Part shown: positions 27,517 through 34,020 of the stretch, in pieces | Layout of the letters: each line of letters starts with the position of its first letter | How positions within the stretch are numbered: the first letter of the stretch is position 1 | DNA from: a virus | Lineage: Duplodnaviria; Caudoviricetes | Strand: one strand, 5' to 3' | Length of the DNA stretch: 34,020 nt | IMG/VR virus record: IMGVR_UViG_3300030372_003397 | Coordinates: 1 to 34,020 of that record | Notes under the pieces: model-generated | Seen by the model: the letters and a program-made list of their open reading frames with translations, nothing else | Told to the model about the DNA's origin: nothing | The model's database searches: none | Position numbers and translations under genes: made by a program

Positions 27517-27929
27517 TTAGGACCCCAACAATGCTTGCTACTATTCCAATGATGCCAGCCGTCATTATATACCAACCAACGCGCCACTTTAGTAGATAAA
27601 AGCGGATCCAATCTCGTTCCGTCAAATTTTAATTTTCCTTTCAGCCAAGCCCAAGTTTTGTCATTAAATTGCCAAAGTCCTATATCTTGTGTTCCATTAG
27701 TATTATTTCCTACTGCTTTACTTTTTCCTCTTGACTCGCAATATATTATTTGTAAAGCCTTAATAATATCTTCTTCGTAAAAATGTTTTTCAATAAGTGG
27801 TTGCCAAACTTGCACCACTTCTATTTGGTGCTCAACTACTTTGCAATTGCGATATTCGACTATTGTTGTTGGTGTAGGTTCAACTAACAATAGGCATGTT
27901 ATTATTGGCGAAAGTAAAAATGTCATCAT
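27513..27929 (-). CDS. Lytic transglycosylase (SLT/lysozyme-like), probably exported
   Basis: CES catalytic Glu, GLWQF, GW.HW motifs; hydrophobic N-terminus. Confidence 0.85.
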   Translation of the reverse strand: MMTFLLSPIITCLLLVEPTPTTIVEYRNCKVVEHQIEVVQVWQPLIEKHFYEEDIIKALQIIYCESRGKSKAVGNNTNGTQDIGLWQFNDKTWAWLKGKLKFDGTRLDPLLSTKVARWLVYNDGWHHWNSSKHCWGPK

Positions 27930-28053
27930 ACTCTAAATTTAATCTAATTATACCTAGAGGCAGGTCTTTACTTTCCATAATATCGCCATTTTCTATAAGT
28001 ACTTTTGGTCCATTACCAGTATTTTCAATACCGACAATTTTCTTATCTACCAT
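27880..28053 (-). CDS. 57-aa hypothetical protein MVDKKIVGIENTGNGPKV..., possibly leaderless
   Basis: Open frame filling the gap; TG-T-TATACT extended -10 ends 6 nt before the ATG. Confidence 0.5.
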   Translation of the reverse strand: MVDKKIVGIENTGNGPKVLIENGDIMESKDLPLGIIRLNLEYDDIFTFANNNMPIVS

Positions 28054-28194
28054 ATAAAAAGTATAACATAGTTATAAAATTTATGGTATTTTATGGCCCC
28101 TTTTCTAAAAGCCCATAAACATTGACTATTTAGACCCTTGAGAATGCCCTCAGACAAAAGTAAATTTAAGTATGGTACAAGTTACCATAGATAT

Positions 28195-29406
28195 TTATAA
28201 AATTTTTAAGTTATCCCAACCTTGTTTAGATAATGTGAAAGTTAATACTCCATGACTTGTAGTTAGACCTAATCTTGCTTCTAATTCTTTTGAAGTGTCT
28301 AAACTTGGACTTTGGATCCAAGTCCTACCTCTTTCAGTTAATACTCTTAAATGGTGGTAATGGCCAGTTATTAATAAATCAGAAGTTCCTGCAGGTAATC
28401 TAGCCATAGCTTGGTTTTTCCACCAATTAATTAATTTATTTTCAGCATTACCTCCACCTCCAGTCATATGGCCATGATAAAAAGTAATCCTTTTATCTTT
28501 TACTTCTAAAGTTAAATAAAAATCATCAGGTATAACAGTTTTAACATGCTTATATCTTTCTCTTCCTGAAATTATTTCGCCAACTATTTGAAATATTGCA
28601 GTATCACTTCCGTCTAATCTTGTAGTACTAATTGAAGTTTTACCACTTCTATATTCACTATGATTACCTATAACACCGCCAATAACTATTTTTGGTGCTA
28701 ATTTTATAAAGCCGTCTAATATTTCAATTACCATTAACCTTGCAATATGTTCTTGTTCGGTCCTAGTTAGCTCAACATTAAATGGTTGGTGGTCAAAAAA
28801 TCCATAACAATTTTCAATTAAGTCCCCAATTCCTATAATATATATCTCATCTATAAGTGATCCGCTTTTATTTAAGTGTTTTATTTCTTCTTGTGCTTTT
28901 TTTATGCTTTGTTTTATATATGCAACAGTTTCATCGCTACCCCAATCTGCGTTATATTCAGCTTTACCAAATTGCCAATCAGCACAAATATAAAAGTATG
29001 CATGTGTGCCTTTATATTTTTTAATTTGTATTAGTTTTTTACTTTTAACATACCTTTGTAACTCTTTAAAGTATTTATCGTGTTTAGGTTTTTTTCTTCT
29101 TATAGTTGCCTTAAAAGCATACATTTGCTCTATACGGCCACCTTTTAATTGCGTGTCCCAAGTGCTAAATTTAATACTTTCTTCTTCAATATAAAATTCA
29201 TCAGGATTAAAGCCCCAACTATTAAGTAGTGAGTTAAATTTAAAATTATCTGTTTCAGGTTGTATGTGCGTTACTTCGCCACTATTCGTATTATTATCCC
29301 AACTTCTTTGAGGTTTCCAACCACTTGGATAGTAATTATTGCCTAATTCGTCGTTGTGTAATACTTCTTTCTTGTTTTTTATTAACTTTTTAACCTTATC
29401 GGTCAT
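28195..29406 (-). CDS. Calcineurin-like metallophosphoesterase (Mre11/SbcD-like, actinophage type)
   Basis: ADWQ.GK, GDLIE, GNH, HGH, GHYHH motifs. Confidence 0.85.
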   Translation of the reverse strand: MTDKVKKLIKNKKEVLHNDELGNNYYPSGWKPQRSWDNNTNSGEVTHIQPETDNFKFNSLLNSWGFNPDEFYIEEESIKFSTWDTQLKGGRIEQMYAFKATIRRKKPKHDKYFKELQRYVKSKKLIQIKKYKGTHAYFYICADWQFGKAEYNADWGSDETVAYIKQSIKKAQEEIKHLNKSGSLIDEIYIIGIGDLIENCYGFFDHQPFNVELTRTEQEHIARLMVIEILDGFIKLAPKIVIGGVIGNHSEYRSGKTSISTTRLDGSDTAIFQIVGEIISGRERYKHVKTVIPDDFYLTLEVKDKRITFYHGHMTGGGGNAENKLINWWKNQAMARLPAGTSDLLITGHYHHLRVLTERGRTWIQSPSLDTSKELEARLGLTTSHGVLTFTLSKQGWDNLKIL

Positions 29407-29423
29407 AAGGTTATGTTAGCAAT

Positions 29424-29609
29424 TTAATTCAATAAAGAACTAAAACTAGCAAAAAGAACTGCAAATGCAGTGATCCAACCTGTTATTTCCATACGAGTTG
29501 GTCTTGTATTAACTAAATCAAATAGCTGATTAACTTCTTTTTGCAAATCCTCTTGCCCTTTTAAGAGCAAGTTAAGCATTTCTTTATTTGTATAACCGTT
29601 ATCGCTCAT
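29424..29609 (-). CDS. Small membrane protein, lysis module
   Basis: Short coiled coil plus C-terminal TM segment. Confidence 0.6.
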   Translation of the reverse strand: MSDNGYTNKEMLNLLLKGQEDLQKEVNQLFDLVNTRPTRMEITGWITAFAVLFASFSSLLN

Positions 29610-29745
29610 TTTCGTTTGGTCCTGTAATCCAATCCCACTCTAATTCTTGCGTAATTCTTTCAATTTTATCGACCTTTTGTAGTATAAAGTATATCATTTT
29701 TATTAAAAAATAAAGCGATACTATACTCATAAAAATATTTTCCAT
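29599..29745 (-). CDS. 48-aa membrane protein MENIFMSIVSLYFLIKMIYFIL... (not in ORF track)
   Basis: AAGGAG RBS, N-terminal TM segment, fills gap. Confidence 0.6.
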   Translation of the reverse strand: MENIFMSIVSLYFLIKMIYFILQKVDKIERITQELEWDWITGPNENER

Positions 29746-29756
29746 TATAAATCTCC

Positions 29757-30278
29757 TTAATGTCCATGATTCATTGCTTCTAAATATGCAATTCTATTTT
29801 TAATATCATCTAACTGCCATGTTTCAAGTTGGTTAGTTTCTAATATTGTTACTTTTTTTTGTAAATCTTGCCACTCCCATTTCATAAGTTCATATGATTG
29901 ACTATCTTGACTTGGATTATTTAAGTCAGATATATACCTATTTTGAAAGTCATCGACTTTCCACTCTAAATCCCTTACTTCTGTTTCTAAATTTTGGTAA
30001 TTTGCCCTTAATATTGTTAATTCATTTTCTAAATATTCGGCATTATATGCAACTTGTTCTAATTGATATATTTTTTCATAAAGTATTGCTATATCATTTG
30101 ATACCATAGTACTTTCTTTTAACTGGTAAAATTCATATTCAATATTATTCATACGTTCATCAATACCAGTTAAAGTATTAACTATATTTGAGACTGATTG
30201 AAAACCAGCACCAATTGAACCTAATAAAGTAATACCAGTTACTACTAAAGCTAAATTATCTTTTAATTTTTTAAGCAT
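29757..30278 (-). CDS. Membrane-anchored coiled-coil protein
   Basis: N-terminal TM segment then heptad-rich sequence. Confidence 0.68.
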   Translation of the reverse strand: MLKKLKDNLALVVTGITLLGSIGAGFQSVSNIVNTLTGIDERMNNIEYEFYQLKESTMVSNDIAILYEKIYQLEQVAYNAEYLENELTILRANYQNLETEVRDLEWKVDDFQNRYISDLNNPSQDSQSYELMKWEWQDLQKKVTILETNQLETWQLDDIKNRIAYLEAMNHGH

Positions 30279-30490
30279 TAACCGCCTACTTTAAACAATA
30301 TCTCTCTTATAACTTCTTCTATTATTGTTAAATTTTGATTAAAGCCTGCAATACTTTCTTGATAAGCTACTACTTGAGCCTTTAAAGTTGCTACTTCTTG
30401 TTGTAGGTCATTTACTGTTTTAAATAACCAAGCTACTAAGGCAGCTAAACCACCTTGTAATATTTGTCCTAAATTTACCTTAGCTTCCAT
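30278..30490 (-). CDS. Small TM plus coiled-coil protein, lysis module
   Basis: GGLAALVAWLF followed by heptads; TAATG-coupled. Confidence 0.65.
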   Translation of the reverse strand: MEAKVNLGQILQGGLAALVAWLFKTVNDLQQEVATLKAQVVAYQESIAGFNQNLTIIEEVIREILFKVGG

Positions 30491-30708
30491 TAATCCTCAA
30501 AGGTTGCCTTAGGCTTATACTGTTCTAATGCGTGTTGAATTACTGTAATAAATGAACTTAAAAATGCCACTCCTAATAATTCAAACAAGTCTGCGTCAAT
30601 TATTCCTGTACTATTTGCTAGGTATAAAGATATTGCAGATTGTAATCCTGTTCTAAATGCTTTTGAAAACATAAACTTCCAATAAGCTTTCCAATTATTT
30701 TTTTTCAT
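30490..30708 (-). CDS. Putative holin (r1t-like)
   Basis: KAFRTGLQSAI resembles the r1t holin RAxKTxxQ motif; two hydrophobic segments; follows endolysin candidate. Confidence 0.62.
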   Translation of the reverse strand: MKKNNWKAYWKFMFSKAFRTGLQSAISLYLANSTGIIDADLFELLGVAFLSSFITVIQHALEQYKPKATFED

Positions 30709-30765
30709 TTTTCTCCTAAAATTACTTTTTATATAATTTTAGCAATATAGTTACTCGGTTGGAAG

Positions 30766-31350
30766 TTATACTATTTTATTCTTTAAAACTGCTGATTTTA
30801 TTTGTTTTAAATCTTTAATTATTTTATTAAACTTATCATCTACTACTTGCGTTAGCATTAAATCATCAGTACTTTTATTGGAAACTTGCGGATCACAATT
30901 GATACTTGATATAGTTAATGTTACTTTTTCGCCATTAACCATAGGAACTGCAATCTTATCATACATTTTTTTATAAGCATTACGACTTGACCCTATAAAA
31001 CCGTCCTTACTTACATCTAAGTCTTGTTGTGTATCGCCAACTAGAACGCAACCTGCCGAATTTTCGTCGGTATTACCACTATGAAAAAGCACCCATTTAA
31101 AGTTAGGTATATCTTTTATTTCAAGCATTCCATAATGTGCATTTTTATATCTAGCCGAATACCTATTATGAAAACCACCCTCTTTTCTAAATTCAATAGG
31201 ATAAGTTCCTTCAGGTATAGCAGTTTCGCCATAAACTTTAACTTCTCTAACTTCGTCCTCTAAGGTATAACACTCAAATACACCATTAATAAATAACATA
31301 CCGTTAGTTGCGTCCTCGCCAAACTGCGTGCGGATCACATCAAGTTTCAT
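30766..31350 (-). CDS. DUF5675-like protein, putative endolysin (L,D-peptidase-like)
   Basis: T.G.L, YTLED, AIPEGTY, HSGNT..NSAGCVLVG, SRNAY motifs; next to holin. Confidence 0.78.
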   Translation of the reverse strand: MKLDVIRTQFGEDATNGMLFINGVFECYTLEDEVREVKVYGETAIPEGTYPIEFRKEGGFHNRYSARYKNAHYGMLEIKDIPNFKWVLFHSGNTDENSAGCVLVGDTQQDLDVSKDGFIGSSRNAYKKMYDKIAVPMVNGEKVTLTISSINCDPQVSNKSTDDLMLTQVVDDKFNKIIKDLKQIKSAVLKNKIV

Positions 31351-31670
31351 TATTCAGGCTTAGGATTATCGTCTTTAACTTTTTTTAATGTTTTATAAAA
31401 GTCGCTAGTTTTATCAACTTTGCCTGCGTCTATTGCCCAAAATAACATATCTAATTGTTCTGGTATTGCCGGATAACTTTGTTGTCTAGATTTTTTATAA
31501 CCATTATCTTGTTCGTCTAATTTAGATTGAGCTAAATCTTCAATAGCTTGGTCATATTCAGCGTCAGTAAATTCTCTTATATCATTATTTACTTGAGCTT
31601 TCATTGGCTTACGAGCTTCTATTTCAGAAGTTGCCTCTACTCTAAATTCCTCTATTGTTTTTAATGCCAT
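31350..31670 (-). CDS. Putative tail fibre assembly chaperone
   Basis: R...YP.I.EQLDML.W...VK..NPK motif; directly after paralog array. Confidence 0.62.
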   Translation of the reverse strand: MALKTIEEFRVEATSEIEARKPMKAQVNNDIREFTDAEYDQAIEDLAQSKLDEQDNGYKKSRQQSYPAIPEQLDMLFWAIDAGKVDKTSDFYKTLKKVKDDNPKPE

Positions 31671-31689
31671 ATCTCTCCTATCTTAGCAC

Positions 31690-32214
31690 TTATTTTTTGA
31701 TACCGTATAACTTAAATTCGCCACTTACAATATTTCCACTATTCATATAAAACTGCACTCCTTTTGTAGCAACTGCATTTTTGTACAATCCACCTCCGTG
31801 CATACCTCTAAGAATTGATGAGTTATTAACATAAGCAGTTTCTTGTGCAACTGAAGTATATTCGCTTGCATTATTAGCATTAAAAATATAATGTGATCCA
31901 TTGGCTACTTCGCCACTTGCAGTTCCTATATAATTATCAACTCCAAAGAAAAAAGTTCCACTTCCATAAGCATTTTCAGGTGTTGTATTTGCTCTAAATA
32001 CTGTCCATGAAACATTATAATTTGAATCAGTTAATGGATTATTTGAAGTATCTAATAACCTAAATAATAGTCCTTGAGTATCAGTTTGTGGTACGACATT
32101 AGCATTAGTAACTAAATAAACATTGTAACTATCGTCCCAATTAGCACCACCTAAGGTAACTGTTGCACTATTACTTGCACTTACACTATCAATTAAAATT
32201 AAACTACCTGCCAT
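31690..32214 (-). CDS. Tail-tip paralog array member S4
   Basis: Family motifs, ends FKLYGIKK. Confidence 0.7.
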   Translation of the reverse strand: MAGSLILIDSVSASNSATVTLGGANWDDSYNVYLVTNANVVPQTDTQGLLFRLLDTSNNPLTDSNYNVSWTVFRANTTPENAYGSGTFFFGVDNYIGTASGEVANGSHYIFNANNASEYTSVAQETAYVNNSSILRGMHGGGLYKNAVATKGVQFYMNSGNIVSGEFKLYGIKK

Positions 32215-32723
32215 TACTCAACACCATATATAGTCACTTTAAAAGTTTTAGTAGTATGATTAACAATTCTAACACCTGAAACTATTTCAGCAGTTTCGTG
32301 ACACCCACTTAATCTTGACCCGTCTAAACCACTATCCATAAAACTTGCACTCTGGACGGTAACAAAAGTGAATTGAGCTACATCTGCGTTAAAAATTTTA
32401 ATCAAAGCTCCACCACCCCGACTATCATCATTACTACCTACTAATATTGGTGCTATTTGACTTGTACCAGTACTCCTCCAAGTATTGTCGTATGATCCAT
32501 AAGCACTTAATTGCTCTCCACCGTATTGATATTCATTTCCGTCTATTAAAGTACCAGAATTATCATAGAACCTTAGTCCCATATATCCCCCATTAGCACT
32601 TGCATTTATCAAATCAATAAACATATAATAATTGGTATAACCTTTTCCAAATATATTTAACATATCCAAATTATTAACATTTCCGTCAGTTTCAAATTGC
32701 GATAAAAATTGTAAATTATTCAT
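32214..32723 (-). CDS. Tail-tip paralog array member S3
   Basis: Family motifs, ends VTIYGVE. Confidence 0.7.
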   Translation of the reverse strand: MNNLQFLSQFETDGNVNNLDMLNIFGKGYTNYYMFIDLINASANGGYMGLRFYDNSGTLIDGNEYQYGGEQLSAYGSYDNTWRSTGTSQIAPILVGSNDDSRGGGALIKIFNADVAQFTFVTVQSASFMDSGLDGSRLSGCHETAEIVSGVRIVNHTTKTFKVTIYGVE

Positions 32724-33370
32724 TAAGTCATTTCCATACCATAAAGAGAAAAATTTCCACCAGTAAAGTTAGTAGAACCATTTTGGTCTGGGTGAAACCT
32801 AAAACCGTTATCCATACGAGTTTCAGGTAAGCAACCACTTCCAAATTCGGATCCCTGAACATTTGCTTCAGTTTGATATAATCCGTGATAAGTAATATGA
32901 GTATATTTACTGCTATCTAATGCGTTATATACATAAATAATACTATTAGCTACTTCATTTGTATCACTACCGCAATTATCAGTTACTCTCATAGCAGGAT
33001 AATTAGTCCCTTTAACATCTGTAAAAGTTCCGTTAGATTGCTGAACCATACTTGTAACTTGATAACCAGTACCACTTGCAACTCCGTCACTTAATAGTTC
33101 TAATCCCATTAATTTATTATTGTTTTCAATAGTTATATCATTTAAAATAATGCAAAAAATATCATAAAAACCATATTGGTCTATTGAAGTAAAATCTAAA
33201 GTACTTACATTAGAAGTAACATTTGTAGTAAGCAATAAATTCATTTGGCCAAATTGAGTCCATTTATCTGCTCTTGTTAAATCATAAATATCAGTAGGTG
33301 TAAAGATACCTTTATTATTAAATGGACTTTGCTCAGGGCTTTCAGGTATATATCCTGATTCACTACTCAT
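32723..33370 (-). CDS. Tail-tip paralog array member L2 (with N-terminal extension)
   Basis: N.GIFTPTDIYDL....W extension like L1; ends FSLYGMEMT. Confidence 0.7.
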   Translation of the reverse strand: MSSESGYIPESPEQSPFNNKGIFTPTDIYDLTRADKWTQFGQMNLLLTTNVTSNVSTLDFTSIDQYGFYDIFCIILNDITIENNNKLMGLELLSDGVASGTGYQVTSMVQQSNGTFTDVKGTNYPAMRVTDNCGSDTNEVANSIIYVYNALDSSKYTHITYHGLYQTEANVQGSEFGSGCLPETRMDNGFRFHPDQNGSTNFTGGNFSLYGMEMT

Positions 33371-33372
33371 AA

Positions 33373-33879
33373 TTACACCACCTTATACAATGTAAATGTT
33401 CCATTTGTTATATTTCCTGTTGTATCATTTAAAAATTGTATTCCATTATGAGTTTCTGCAACTGTATAAACTGTCCCACCTTGATAACCTCTTGCTTCAC
33501 TTCCATTTTCAGTAACATTTTCTATTGTCATAAAACTAAATTCACTTGAATTATTAAAATTATATAAATAAAAAATGCCATTACTTCCCTCACCACCACT
33601 ATCTCCTGTGTTATTTAAAGCTCTTGTTTTTGTTTGGTTTGTATCACTATCATCTATAAAACTTGCACTTGCCCTTAAAAATGTATCTGCCCAATCATAA
33701 TTAGAAGTTGTTTGTGCAGTCCCACTAACTGTAAATCTTGCTCTAATTTCAGCAACAGGATTATCAACTGTTGCACCACTTACTGCAACCATATAAACAT
33801 CATCACTATCTATACCTGTTAAGGTTACATTTGCAACTGCACTTGATACTGTATTTGTTGATACTTGTAATAATCCCAT
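33373..33879 (-). CDS. Tail-tip paralog array member S2
   Basis: Family motifs (FYLYNFNNSSEFSF), ends FTLYKVV. Confidence 0.7.
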   Translation of the reverse strand: MGLLQVSTNTVSSAVANVTLTGIDSDDVYMVAVSGATVDNPVAEIRARFTVSGTAQTTSNYDWADTFLRASASFIDDSDTNQTKTRALNNTGDSGGEGSNGIFYLYNFNNSSEFSFMTIENVTENGSEARGYQGGTVYTVAETHNGIQFLNDTTGNITNGTFTLYKVV

Positions 33880-33883
33880 TATG

Positions 33884-34020
33884 TATCAACCCTTAGTCCA
33901 TAAGTTCTAATTTTTGCATTAGTAAGATTACCACCATTTACCACCACTTGAACACCTGTAATAGAACTTAATTCTTTTAATACTGCTATTTGTTTTAAAC
34001 TTCTAAAATTAGTGCCACTC
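33884..34020. repeat. Imperfect terminal direct repeat, copy 2 (variant allele of the S1 3' end)
   Basis: 124/137 identical to 1-137; same reading frame intact. Confidence 0.92.

Larger units (their letters stand above)
1..34020 (-). mobile_element. Near-complete circularly permuted siphovirus-like (Caudoviricetes) phage genome
   Basis: Complete head-neck-tail-lysis-replication gene order on one strand; ends overlap (1-137 vs 33884-34020) and a gene reads through the junction; no host genes. Confidence 0.93.

Noticed and set aside
1540-31263. All plus-strand ORFs in the track (e.g. 1540..1806, 4928..5437, 10640..10999, 15516..15785)
   Set aside because: Antisense shadows of well-supported minus-strand genes; no recognisable motifs
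2434-31338. GTGATCCGC as a stoperator or Chi-like polar site
   Set aside because: Occurs in both orientations (4 vs 6) although transcription is unidirectional; also not spaced like a CRISPR repeat

Overview
The window looks like an essentially complete, circularly permuted ~33.9 kb genome of an AT-rich siphovirus-like tailed phage. All credible genes are on the minus strand, and positions 33884-34020 repeat 1-137 imperfectly. In transcription order it carries: terminase, HK97-type portal, head morphogenesis protein, protease and capsid; neck; two paralogous tail-tube genes; a G/GT chaperone; tape measure; tail tip; a six-gene paralog array; lysis/membrane genes; a metallophosphoesterase; an SLT transglycosylase; a GNAT acetyltransferase directly followed by a full preQ1 pathway (queF-queC-queD-queE-folE); small early genes; a replication initiator; and a ParB-N fused to a TGT/DpdA-like domain. 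I found no integrase, DNA polymerase, reverse transcriptase, tRNA or CRISPR. Gene families suggest a low-GC actinobacterial host (inference). The most interesting signal is a putative 7-deazaguanine DNA-modification system (ParB-fused transglycosylase-like protein, QueF and a GNAT that might acylate preQ1). It coincides with a strong genome-wide imprint: by manual count 57 of about 58 GATC sites sit in GATCC/GGATC, and the 9-mer GTGATCCGC occurs 10 times inside genes on both strands. The second highlight is a duplicated three-gene (long-short-short) paralog module in the receptor-binding region. All family calls come from motif recognition; no searches were run.
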